IMG/VR virus record: IMGVR_UViG_2721755758_000001 | Coordinates: 8,709 to 72,708 of that record | Direction: 5' to 3' (one strand) | Length of the DNA: 64,000 nucleotides | Source of the DNA: a virus | Taxonomy: Duplodnaviria; Caudoviricetes | In this document: one piece after another, positions 20,018 to 29,269 of the stretch | Position numbering within the stretch: the first letter of the stretch is position 1 | Layout of the letters: each line of letters opens with the position of its first letter | Made by a program: the position numbers and the translations under genes | The notes under the pieces: generated by a model | The model's database searches: none | What the model was told of the DNA's origin: nothing | Seen by the model: the letters and a program-made list of their open reading frames with translations, nothing else

Positions 20018-20669
20018 AATTATGATTAATATGTTTAAAAAACTTTCATACAAGCATCAAATATGGGAAGTATATTCAGATTTTATTGAATTAGCAACTT
20101 TATCAATAAGTAATGCATGCGATCGTAGTTCAAAATGGGATATCAGAGAAGAAAGATATAAAAATATAATAAATAAGTATGATGATAAAGAAAAGATACT
20201 ATTTCCTAAATTATTAGGAGAACTAATAATTCAGCTGAATGAACAGCCTTCAGATATTATGGGGCAGATATTTATGGAATTAGAATTGGGAAATAAGTAT
20301 AAAGGACAATTTTTTACTCCATATAACATATGTGAATTAATGGCAGAAATAATAATTGATGATAATATAAGAAATCAAATAAAGAAAAAGGGATTTGTAA
20401 CATTAAATGAGCCTTGTAGTGGTGGTGGCGCAATGATAATAGCATTTGCAGAAGCAATGAAGAAAAGAAAATTAAATCCTCAAAAATATTTAAAAGTTAT
20501 ATGCCAAGATTTAGATTTTAAATCAGTGTGTATGACATATTTACAACTAAGTTTTTTGGGAATACCAGCTATAGTTATGCACATGAATACTTTATCATTA
20601 GAAATATTCGATAAATTTTATACTCCAGTATGGATATATGATGGATGGGATTTTAAAAAAGAAAAATAA
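20007..20669 (+). CDS. N6-adenine methylase-like protein (SAM-binding half only)
   Basis: GQFFTP and EPCSGGGAM motif I; no NPPY/F motif. Confidence 0.7.
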   Translation: MENKIMINMFKKLSYKHQIWEVYSDFIELATLSISNACDRSSKWDIREERYKNIINKYDDKEKILFPKLLGELIIQLNEQPSDIMGQIFMELELGNKYKGQFFTPYNICELMAEIIIDDNIRNQIKKKGFVTLNEPCSGGGAMIIAFAEAMKKRKLNPQKYLKVICQDLDFKSVCMTYLQLSFLGIPAIVMHMNTLSLEIFDKFYTPVWIYDGWDFKKEK

Positions 20670-20749
20670 GCCTAAAATCAAAGAAAATAGGGTTATTCAA
20701 CTCAAAAGAAAATTTAAAATAAGAAAATTTTTATTATATATGATTGTAG

Positions 20750-21304
20750 GTGATAGTAATGAGAGATAATACAATAGATGATAAAACATTTAAAAAAGTT
20801 GAGGGAATACTTTATAGATACTATAAGAAGAAAAAAGAATTAGAAAACATTCGCTATAGAATAAAGATTTTAAATGAAGAAATAGAAAATATAGATAAAA
20901 GATTAAGAGATACAGATGTAACGGTTATAGATTATTATAAATCATCAGAAATAAGCGAAAGAGTTCAGACAAGCACATCTAATTGCGGATATGGAGAACA
21001 ACAATTAATAAAAGAAATAGAGAAGCTAGAAAATATAAAAATAGAAATGAGGAGAAAAATAGCAAAACTTATTGGCAAAGAAGTAGAAATAAATATTTTT
21101 ATAAGACCAATTGAACGAAATATTGAAGACTTAGGGGATAAAGAAAAGAAATTTCTTGAACTCAAATATGGAAAGTGTTTGCCAATACTAGAAATATATA
21201 GACAAACATGTGATCAATTTAATTTAGAACAGGCTTCTTATTATAATTCATTAAGAAATAAGATTGTTGAAAATATTGCACATTGGATGAATTTAATAAA
21301 ATAG
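20750..21304 (+). CDS. Late transcriptional activator (RinA/ArpU-like)
   Basis: Coiled coil, SERVQTS motif, C-terminal sigma-region-4-like helix; late in early operon. Confidence 0.65.
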   Translation: MIVMRDNTIDDKTFKKVEGILYRYYKKKKELENIRYRIKILNEEIENIDKRLRDTDVTVIDYYKSSEISERVQTSTSNCGYGEQQLIKEIEKLENIKIEMRRKIAKLIGKEVEINIFIRPIERNIEDLGDKEKKFLELKYGKCLPILEIYRQTCDQFNLEQASYYNSLRNKIVENIAHWMNLIK

Positions 21305-21323
21305 CATTTTATTTTATCTGCTA

Positions 21324-21340
21324 GTTGTGTGTGACAAAAC
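21324..21340. promoter_or_regulatory. Operator palindrome copy (1 mismatch) upstream of spoIIID
   Basis: GTTGTGTGTGACAAAAC. Confidence 0.5.
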
Positions 21341-21414
21341 TAAGCGTTAAAGAATATAAGAATTTGAGTTGTTGCACAAAACGCAACAACTCAAAAAAAG
21401 GGGAGGAGAAAAAT

Positions 21415-21672
21415 ATGAATAAATTTATGGAGCAAAGAATTTACGACACAGCCGAATATATATTAAAAACTAAATGTACTGTAAGAGAAGCAGCCAAAGG
21501 GGTAAATAGTAGTAAATCTACAGTTTACAAAGATATGTCGGAGAGATTAGTTCAACTAGATCCAAAACTTGCAGGCGAAATAAGAGATATTATTTTAGAA
21601 AATAAAGTAATGAGAGCAGAACGTGGAGGAGAAGCAACTAAAAAGAAATGGGAGGACTGTAGAAATGATTAA
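21415..21672 (+). CDS. spoIIID: Sporulation transcriptional regulator SpoIIID homologue
   Basis: RBS GGAGG; EYILKTKCTVREAAK...SKSTVYKDMSERL..DPKLA.E...IL.ENK..R..RGGEATK. Confidence 0.9.
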   Translation: MNKFMEQRIYDTAEYILKTKCTVREAAKGVNSSKSTVYKDMSERLVQLDPKLAGEIRDIILENKVMRAERGGEATKKKWEDCRND

Positions 21673-22015
21673 ATTTTATATTATTACATGCATAGTTAAT
21701 TCTATATTAACCACAATACTTGGAATAATTAAGTCTATAAAACAAATTATAAATCCTAAAACAGAGGAAGAATTAAGTAAAGAGAAAGCTAATTTTATAA
21801 AGAAAATAGATACACCAATAAATAATATGTACATTCCTGAACTTGTAACTTTTGCTAAAAAAATTGCAGACATAAAATATAGAAGTCCACTATTAGAAAT
21901 AGCAATAAAGTATTTGATAGACATAATTCCAATAATTCATTTAGTTGGATTTGTAACTCATATAGAGGTTATTTTTGAGTTAATTACAGGGAGGTATAAA
22001 GATGACATCAGATAG
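21623..22015 (+). CDS. Membrane protein
   Basis: Two hydrophobic segments; likely start 21665. Confidence 0.5.
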   Translation: MEEKQLKRNGRTVEMIKFYIITCIVNSILTTILGIIKSIKQIINPKTEEELSKEKANFIKKIDTPINNMYIPELVTFAKKIADIKYRSPLLEIAIKYLIDIIPIIHLVGFVTHIEVIFELITGRYKDDIR

Positions 22016-22244
22016 ATATTTTTGCCCTATAAAAAATAAAGAATGTGACCAACCTTGGATTTGTAAATATACAGTTCATAGATTTAAGCATGTAGCATGT
22101 GAACGTAATAAAATACAAGATAAGGCAGTTCATATCAAAGAATTAAAGAAGAGGAAAGAAGTATCAATAGATTATGACTATAAAGATCCGGAACAGATAA
22201 AAAATTACTATAATTCATTAAGAGAGGGGAATAGAAATGAATAA
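22002..22244 (+). CDS. Hypothetical Cys-rich phage protein
   Basis: Coupled ORF. Confidence 0.5.
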   Translation: MTSDRYFCPIKNKECDQPWICKYTVHRFKHVACERNKIQDKAVHIKELKKRKEVSIDYDYKDPEQIKNYYNSLREGNRNE

Positions 22245-22662
22245 AGTGAAAGAATTAAATATTATTGAAGCTATAGAAATGCCGATTGGTACAGAATTTG
22301 AAGTTTATAGATATAAAAGGGATAGAGGTTTTGATAAATGCAAGATGATTACAAATGTTTATCTAAATGAAAATAAAGATATTTGTTGGTGTGGAACTAA
22401 TGAGGAAATGCCTTTTATGGTCAATAGTACGATTAAAGCCAAATTCATACCAATTCAAAAACCTATAAGTTTTCAAGAAGCTTATTACCAAAATAAATTA
22501 TTAATTTTAGAGTTAGATGAAGAAATAAAAGAATACTTGGCTGAAAGCCTTGATGATAAATATAGAACTATGGAAGATATAGTGGGCATATTAAGAAAAA
22601 CTCTTAGTAATAGAACACTAATAAAAGTATTATTTGAAGGTAAATTCTATGCAGAAGCTTAA
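22237..22662 (+). CDS. Hypothetical phage protein
   Basis: 141-aa coupled ORF. Confidence 0.55.
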   Translation: MNKVKELNIIEAIEMPIGTEFEVYRYKRDRGFDKCKMITNVYLNENKDICWCGTNEEMPFMVNSTIKAKFIPIQKPISFQEAYYQNKLLILELDEEIKEYLAESLDDKYRTMEDIVGILRKTLSNRTLIKVLFEGKFYAEA

Positions 22663-22677
22663 GAAGGTGAAGAGCAA

Positions 22678-22887
22678 ATGAAAGAAAATGATTATGGAAT
22701 GTGTAGGTGTGGAAAAAGGATTTATGAAGGCGATAAAGTGTTTTGGGCAAGCAGATATAAAAGCCAAACCTGTTTCCCAACCTGTAGCAAGGAATGTTTT
22801 GAAAAGGCTAAGGAAAATCAAATAAAAATTTTAAAAGAGAAGCTTAAAGAGATAGAAAATCAGACTTGTGAAGAAGATATTTATTAA
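22678..22887 (+). CDS. Zn-finger phage protein
   Basis: CRCG...CSKEC. Confidence 0.55.
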   Translation: MKENDYGMCRCGKRIYEGDKVFWASRYKSQTCFPTCSKECFEKAKENQIKILKEKLKEIENQTCEEDIY

Positions 22888-22926
22888 TTCACAATACTTA
22901 TATGCAGAAAATGTGTAGCAATAGAG

Positions 22927-23109
22927 GTGATTAAAATAGGACTAGAAAAACTAAATGGAATTCAAATAACAAATGATGTTAAAGACAATAGATATATAGT
23001 TTTGTCCCAAGCAGATGATTATATGAGAAATTGTGTTGTTTTAAAAGTATTTGATATTAAAGAACAAGTTTATAAAACTATTGATATGCCTTTGAAATAC
23101 TTAAAATAA
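22927..23109 (+). CDS. Hypothetical phage protein
   Basis: 60-aa ORF between junction motifs. Confidence 0.45.
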   Translation: MIKIGLEKLNGIQITNDVKDNRYIVLSQADDYMRNCVVLKVFDIKEQVYKTIDMPLKYLK

Positions 23110-23151
23110 ATTAATCACGCAATACTTAAATTTCAGAAAGGGTGAAGAAAA

Positions 23152-23313
23152 ATGAATTTATTAAAAATAGGTAAAAAAATAGGAGAATTAGAAGGGATAA
23201 TTTCTAAAATAGATTGTGGTACATTAGTTACTAAGAAAAATCAAACTAATGAAAATGTAAAATATAGAGCATTAAAATTATTAAAAGAATTGCAAAAAGA
23301 GTTTGAGAGTTAA
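23152..23313 (+). CDS. Hypothetical 53-aa protein (not in ORF track)
   Basis: RBS AAGGGTG; bounded by junction motifs. Confidence 0.45.
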   Translation: MNLLKIGKKIGELEGIISKIDCGTLVTKKNQTNENVKYRALKLLKELQKEFES

Positions 23314-23346
23314 TTCGCAATACTTATAAAGCGAGAAGAAAGGTTA

Positions 23347-23556
23347 ATGAAAATGAGAAGGAAACACATATGTAATCTAACGTGCAATATTTGTGGAAAA
23401 GAATTAACCACTGGATGGCGTAGAACAAAAATAGGCAGATGGTTTGAGAAAAAGATTATTATTAGAGAACATTATCATACTAAAGCAGAAGTTTCAGTAT
23501 TTAATATGTTTGGTATTTATATGCCTACTACTAAAAGAAATACAAAAAACGGATAG
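23347..23556 (+). CDS. Hypothetical phage protein
   Basis: CNICG motif. Confidence 0.45.
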   Translation: MKMRRKHICNLTCNICGKELTTGWRRTKIGRWFEKKIIIREHYHTKAEVSVFNMFGIYMPTTKRNTKNG

Positions 23557-23599
23557 CAGAAGAAAAGAAGATATTAAGATGTAGAAGGGATAAGCAGAT

Positions 23600-24118
23600 A
23601 TGAAAAAATCATGTAATTGTCCTTACAAAAAGAGTTGCCATTCAATAAGGCAAGAATTACAGGTTGAATTAAGAGAAAAGAATAAATATACCATTGAAGA
23701 ATGTGTTTTTTACAAAGAGTTGAAGGAGATTTATAAAAATATGAATAAAAAAAGAACAGTAGAATCACCGGCTATATACAAACATTTTAAGCATACAGAA
23801 GACGGAATATTAAATAATTATATGTATTGCACTATAGGAATAAGTAAATCAATAACTGAAGAAGAAATATTAAATAATGAATGTGTATTTCTATATGACA
23901 TATATCATACAGAAATGAAAGAGAATATTCATTTATTTTTAGCAGATGGTGTATTAAGACATGAATCAGAAGAGTATGAGGAACTAGTTATATATAAAAG
24001 TCTTTATGATAATCATATAGCTTATGCAAGACCTTTAGAAATGTTCTTATCAGAGGTAGATCATGAAAAATATCCTGATATAAAACAAAAATATAGATTT
24101 GAGATTGTGAGGTATTAA
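23600..24118 (+). CDS. DUF1653-domain protein
   Basis: YKHFK...LVIYKSLYD...[17 protein letters not shown]...QKYRF. Confidence 0.8.
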   Translation: MKKSCNCPYKKSCHSIRQELQVELREKNKYTIEECVFYKELKEIYKNMNKKRTVESPAIYKHFKHTEDGILNNYMYCTIGISKSITEEEILNNECVFLYDIYHTEMKENIHLFLADGVLRHESEEYEELVIYKSLYDNHIAYARPLEMFLSEVDHEKYPDIKQKYRFEIVRY

Positions 24119-24120
24119 CT

Positions 24121-24303
24121 ATGAGACTATTTAAAGTTGATTTATGGGTGAAAGATACTACATTTAAGACATATTTAGTAGTAGCAGAATCTGAAAAAAT
24201 AGCAATGAGAAAAGCAATTTCAAGATGTGCAGAAGAATATTTAATAGGTGCCACAGTAAAGCCTATAGACGAAATAGAGGGATATAAAATAAAGGTGGAA
24301 TAG
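24121..24303 (+). CDS. Hypothetical phage protein
   Basis: 60-aa ORF with RBS GAGGT. Confidence 0.5.
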   Translation: MRLFKVDLWVKDTTFKTYLVVAESEKIAMRKAISRCAEEYLIGATVKPIDEIEGYKIKVE

Positions 24304-24307
24304 ATAA

Positions 24308-24556
24308 ATGAGTAAATTAGATATAAGAATCAGTTATAAAGATGCATGTATATTAAAGCATGCGCTTAGAGATATAATAAGAATTAAAGAAAATATGGAT
24401 AAGTTTAAGATAGAAATATCAGAAAAAGAACTTGAAGAAGAAAAAAGAACACTAGAAAGATTTACAGAGCAGATAGAGGAGTGTGGATTTAAGCATAATA
24501 GAAATATGTTTAAGAGAGGATTAGAAACGAAATATATAAGTGAGAGAATTAAATAA
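24308..24556 (+). CDS. Hypothetical phage protein
   Basis: 82-aa ORF. Confidence 0.5.
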   Translation: MSKLDIRISYKDACILKHALRDIIRIKENMDKFKIEISEKELEEEKRTLERFTEQIEECGFKHNRNMFKRGLETKYISERIK

Positions 24557-24608
24557 TAAAAATCTTATAAAAACCTTGTAAAATAAACATATACAAAAGA
24601 GGTATAAT
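24556..24608 (+). promoter_or_regulatory. Putative activator-dependent late promoter
   Basis: ATAAAAATCTT ATAAAAACCTT GTAAAA (11-bp period), then TATAAT at 24603. Confidence 0.55.
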
Positions 24609-24741
24609 TAACTTGTTCATAGATTAATTTTAATAGATATTCAAGAAAAAATATACAATAAAGGAAGGTGAAAACCTCCATGGCACGACATATGTATATT
24701 AATATACTATTGGAATTAATAACCTCCATTTAATAATTGCT

Positions 24742-24773
24742 AAGGACTTAGAATAATTTCTCTAAGTCCTTTT
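24742..24773 (+). terminator. Intrinsic terminator-like hairpin
   Basis: AAGGACTTAGA/TCTAAGTCCTT plus T tract. Confidence 0.65.
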
Positions 24774-24965
24774 ATAAAGGATGTGTTTAGATGTATTTTA
24801 AAGATTTAATAAGTAAAATCAGTATAGATTCAACTAATCAAAAAAATAGGAAAATTCAAGAAAGATTTATTCAGAGAATGAGAGAAAACAAAAAGGAAAC
24901 AAAGTAAGTAAAGAGTTTGTAAAAGAACTCTTTTTTTTAATGCCAAAATAAAGGAGTGATGACTT

Positions 24966-25160
24966 ATGAATGGATTCTATACAATATATAAATGCAAATC
25001 ATGTAAAAGAGAAATGATCATTGAAACAGAGGAAGTAGATAAGTTAGTAAAGAATGGACATTATCTATCATGCCCTTTTTGCAAGAATAAAAATTTAAAG
25101 CAGATAGATAAGTATGACAGTATGGTAGAATGCTATATAAATTCAGATAAAAGGAGATAG
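24966..25160 (+). CDS. Zn-ribbon protein
   Basis: CKSC...CPFC. Confidence 0.65.
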   Translation: MNGFYTIYKCKSCKREMIIETEEVDKLVKNGHYLSCPFCKNKNLKQIDKYDSMVECYINSDKRR

Positions 25161-25297
25161 AGCATGAATTACAAAAAAGTATTAGAACATATAATTAGAA
25201 CTTATTCTAAGGAAAATAGAGAATTAACAAAAGATATAGTAACAAGATATATAGGATATAGAAATTATTAAACAATCACAGGAAGGAGAGTGATTGA

Positions 25298-26284
25298 ATG
25301 GCACGTGAGAGAAGTCCATTGAGAGATAAAGCTAAGGAATTATATATTAATTCTAAAGGAACTATGAAATTAGTGGATATAGCAGAACAATTAAATTTAA
25401 AAGATAATCAGATAAGAAAGTGGAAATCACAGGATAAATGGGATAGTGAATTAAAGGGAACGCCAAAAGGAACGTTACCAAAGAAAAAGGTACAAAGTAA
25501 AAGTAACGTTACTAATCAAAAGGTAACTAAAAAAGATAATAAAGGAATTAATAAAGAGCCTATTGCAGATGAAGTTAAAAGTCTGATGAAAGATGAGGAA
25601 CTTAGCGAAAAACATAGGCTTTTTTGTGTTATATATTCTAAGTGTATGAATGCAACTAAAGCATATCAAAGAGTATATCATTGTGCATATTGGACAGCAG
25701 CAGTAAATGGAAATGCACTACTTAAAAATACTAAAATAAAAAATGCAATCAACATGATGGTAGAATCAGATTTAAATAAGGAATTCTTAAAGCCAGGGTT
25801 GATACAGAGGTATAAAGATATTGCATTCTCTGATATAGGGGATTACTTAGAATTTGGAATTAAGCAAGTACCACAGTGGGAAAAGAAAGATGGAATGGAT
25901 GTTGCAGTAGTTGACCCTAACACTGGGGAACAAAAGATTAATGAATATAGCTATGTTAAATTAAAAAATAGTGTAGGGCTAGACACAAGCATAATATCAG
26001 AAGTTTCGGAAGGTAAGGATGGTATTAAATTTAAACTAGCAGATAAGATGAAAGCGATGGATGTATTGGCTAAGCTAAGTAATCTATTATCTGATGAAGA
26101 AAAAACTAAGCTGGATATTGAATATAAGAAGATTCAGGCATTAAAACTTCAAGCCGATATTATTAAGACTAAAGCCGAAACAACAAGAATAACAGGGGAT
26201 AGAAATAAAGATGATATTGAAGATGATGGATTCTTAGAAGCATTAAATGGAAGTGCAGCAGAGGATTGGAACAATGAAGATTAA
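25298..26284 (+). CDS. terS: Terminase small subunit
   Basis: MARERSP.RDKA..HTH..IRKWKSQDKW; NATKAY; KLADKMKAMD.L. Confidence 0.9.
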   Translation: MARERSPLRDKAKELYINSKGTMKLVDIAEQLNLKDNQIRKWKSQDKWDSELKGTPKGTLPKKKVQSKSNVTNQKVTKKDNKGINKEPIADEVKSLMKDEELSEKHRLFCVIYSKCMNATKAYQRVYHCAYWTAAVNGNALLKNTKIKNAINMMVESDLNKEFLKPGLIQRYKDIAFSDIGDYLEFGIKQVPQWEKKDGMDVAVVDPNTGEQKINEYSYVKLKNSVGLDTSIISEVSEGKDGIKFKLADKMKAMDVLAKLSNLLSDEEKTKLDIEYKKIQALKLQADIIKTKAETTRITGDRNKDDIEDDGFLEALNGSAAEDWNNED

Positions 26285-27548
26285 AGGATTTAAATTTAAA
26301 CCTTTTTCTAAAAAACAAAGAATGGTACTTAATTGGTGGTGTGATAGTAGTCCTGTTAAAGAAAGCAATGGAATTATAGCAGATGGAGCAATAAGAAGTG
26401 GAAAGACAGTATGTATGAGCCTATCTTTTATTATGTGGGCCATGTATAAATTTGACGGACAAAACTTTGCCATGTGTGGGAAAACAGTACAAAGTTTTAG
26501 ACGTAATGTATGGTTTTGGCTTAAATTAATGCTTATAAGTAGAGGATATAAATATAAAGAGCATAAAATAGAAAATTATATAGAAATATCAAAAGGAAAT
26601 AAAATTAATTATTTCTATATATTTGGAGGAAAAGATGAAGCATCTCAAGACCTTATACAAGGTATAACTTTAGCTGGATTATTTTGTGATGAAGTTGCAT
26701 TAATGCCAGAAAGCTTCGTTAATCAAGCAACAGGTAGATGCTCTGTCGATGGAAGTACATGGTGGTTTAATTGTAATCCGGATGGACCTATGCATTGGTT
26801 TAATCAGAACTGGGTATTGAAGTCTAAAGAAAAGGGCCTATTATATCTACATTTCACTATGGATGATAATTTAAGTCTAGCAGAAAAAATAAAGCAACGT
26901 TACAGAAATAGTTATGTAGGAGTGTTTTTTAAAAGATACATTCTTGGACTTTGGAGTGTAGCACAAGGTGCTATATTTGATATGTGGACAGAAGAAAATG
27001 AAATATCAGAAGAAGAATTGCCGGAGAATATAAGGCAATATGGAAGAAGATATATATCTATTGACTATGGTACTACTAATCCTACGGTTTTTATTGATAT
27101 ATATGATGATTTAGATACTATATGGATAGCGAATGAATATTACTGGAACTCTAAAGAAAAAATGAAACAAAAAACAGACAAAGAATATGCAGATGATTTA
27201 GAAAAATTTATTTCTGATGGCAAAAAGCCTATATTTGTAATTTTAGATCCTAGCGCAGCTAGTTTTAAAGCTGAATTAAGGAGTAGAGGAATAAGAGTAA
27301 AGGATGCAGACAATGAAGTTAATGATGGAATAAGAATGACATCTACAATGATAGGACAGAAAAAAATAAAAATGGTTATAGCAAACTGTAAAAGAGGTTT
27401 AAGTGATATCTTATCATATGTATGGGATGAAAAAGCTGCTGAAAGAGGAGAAGAAAAACCTATAAAAGAAAATGACCATTTTTGTGATGCTCTACGTTAT
27501 TTTATAAAAACCACAATCAATCCTAGAAGGTTAGGTAGATATAAATAA
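26274..27548 (+). CDS. terL: Terminase large subunit, PBSX family
   Basis: DGAIRSGKT Walker A, CDEVAL Walker B, IDYGTTNP, DHFCDALRY. Confidence 0.95.
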   Translation: MKIKGFKFKPFSKKQRMVLNWWCDSSPVKESNGIIADGAIRSGKTVCMSLSFIMWAMYKFDGQNFAMCGKTVQSFRRNVWFWLKLMLISRGYKYKEHKIENYIEISKGNKINYFYIFGGKDEASQDLIQGITLAGLFCDEVALMPESFVNQATGRCSVDGSTWWFNCNPDGPMHWFNQNWVLKSKEKGLLYLHFTMDDNLSLAEKIKQRYRNSYVGVFFKRYILGLWSVAQGAIFDMWTEENEISEEELPENIRQYGRRYISIDYGTTNPTVFIDIYDDLDTIWIANEYYWNSKEKMKQKTDKEYADDLEKFISDGKKPIFVILDPSAASFKAELRSRGIRVKDADNEVNDGIRMTSTMIGQKKIKMVIANCKRGLSDILSYVWDEKAAERGEEKPIKENDHFCDALRYFIKTTINPRRLGRYK

Positions 27549-27646
27549 TTGTTTATAAATACTAAATATTTAAGCTATTAATTTTAAAAAATTACGAGTC
27601 TATATTATATAATACTAAACACTAAATAAAAAAGGAGGATAAAAAG

Positions 27647-29269
27647 GTGGGAAGAAAAAAGAAAAAAAGAAGATATATATCAAAGGATAATCAATCAAAT
27701 AATAAAAGTAATTACGCTAAACGTGAATTTAGCGAAAAGAGACATAATGAACCATATAAAATGACTGTTATGGACACATTTCAAAATCTTCTTGCAAGGC
27801 TTGGAGACAGTGCTCCCAACTTATTAAATGGAACTGACTATACAATGGATAGGTTAACTCAAAATTATCAGCTAATGAATAATCTATATAGAAATCATTG
27901 GATAGTAAGAAAAGTTATAGATTCTATTCCTGAAGATATGATGAAAAATTGGATAGATATTCAATCTTCATTGACACCGGAACAGATGAAGCAACTTGAT
28001 GAACTTGAAAGAAAAACTAAACTAAAAGAAAAAATTAAAGAAGCTTTAAAGTGGGGAAGACTTTATGGTGGAGCAGCGGCAGTAATGGTAATTCAAGGAC
28101 ATGAAAATATATTAGATGAACCTCTAGATTATAATACAATTATGCCAGGTGCTTTCAAAGGATTAATTGTATGCGATAGATGGATGGGAATACAATCTTC
28201 TACAGAGATAATAGAAGATGTAAGTTCTCCTGATTTTGGAATGCCTTTGTACTATGAATGGGATTGCGGTAATAATGGTGCAACTGTAAAAGTACATCAT
28301 TCAAGAGTTTTAAGATTTGCCGGCAGAGACCTTCCTTTCATAGAAAAACAAGTAGAAATGGGATGGGGAGAATCAGAAGTAGAAGTAATCTATGAAGAAC
28401 TTAAAAAAAGAGACAATGCTAGTTATAATATAGCAAACTTATTATTTATGGCAAATTTAAAAGTTCTTAAGATGCAAGGAATGGAAGAAATACTTTCTAC
28501 TGGAGATACAGACTTACAACAAGACTTATATAATACAGTAGAAGGACAGAATAGGTTAATGAATTCTAACTCTATGATGGTATTAGGAAAAGATGATGAC
28601 TTTGCTACACATCAATACACATTTAGTGGAATAAATGAGGTGTATCAATCTTTTATGTTAGATGTAGCAGGAGCAGCAGAAACACCCGTAACTAAATTGT
28701 TCGGAAGAAGTCCAGCCGGATTAAGTGCAACAGGGGAATCAGACCTGCAAAATTATTATGACATGATTGGACAAAAACAAGTATCACAACTTCAGCCAGT
28801 AATAGATAAATTATTGCCTGTTATGGTTATGAGTGAGTTTGCATACATACCAAATGATTTAAGTTACGAGTTTAATCCAATTGCAGAACAGACAGAAGAG
28901 GAATTGGCTTCAATAGTAGATAAGAAAGTAAATGCTATTAATACTGTATATCAAGGGGGATTGATTACTCAAAAAGTAGCGATAAAAGAACTTAAAGAAA
29001 TGGCAGATACAACAGGAATGTTTACTAATATATCAGATGAAGATATTGCTAATGCAAGTACAGAATATGACCAAGGAGAATTTGGAGATTCCCCAAATGA
29101 AGATTCATTATTTAATGGTGGAGGATTAGACAATGTGGATGCTGAACAGACTGATAGAGAAAAGATACCAAAGGGCAATAATGAAAGCAGTGAAAAAGCT
29201 ACACAACAACCTACAGCACTTGAACTCTTTAACAGATATTTTAAGCGCAATAAGAAAGTTTGCGCATAG
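27647..29269 (+). CDS. Portal protein (DUF1073 family)
   Basis: Follows terL; WGRLYGGA, VHHSRVLRF, PVTKLFGRSPAGLSATGESD. Confidence 0.9.
   Translation: MGRKKKKRRYISKDNQSNNKSNYAKREFSEKRHNEPYKMTVMDTFQNLLARLGDSAPNLLNGTDYTMDRLTQNYQLMNNLYRNHWIVRKVIDSIPEDMMKNWIDIQSSLTPEQMKQLDELERKTKLKEKIKEALKWGRLYGGAAAVMVIQGHENILDEPLDYNTIMPGAFKGLIVCDRWMGIQSSTEIIEDVSSPDFGMPLYYEWDCGNNGATVKVHHSRVLRFAGRDLPFIEKQVEMGWGESEVEVIYEELKKRDNASYNIANLLFMANLKVLKMQGMEEILSTGDTDLQQDLYNTVEGQNRLMNSNSMMVLGKDDDFATHQYTFSGINEVYQSFMLDVAGAAETPVTKLFGRSPAGLSATGESDLQNYYDMIGQKQVSQLQPVIDKLLPVMVMSEFAYIPNDLSYEFNPIAEQTEEELASIVDKKVNAINTVYQGGLITQKVAIKELKEMADTTGMFTNISDEDIANASTEYDQGEFGDSPNEDSLFNGGGLDNVDAEQTDREKIPKGNNESSEKATQQPTALELFNRYFKRNKKVCA

Noticed and set aside
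27647-29269. Anti-CBASS Acb1 label sometimes given to DUF1073 proteins
   Set aside because: Position and motifs indicate a portal; no 2H-phosphoesterase HxT motif pair is evident.
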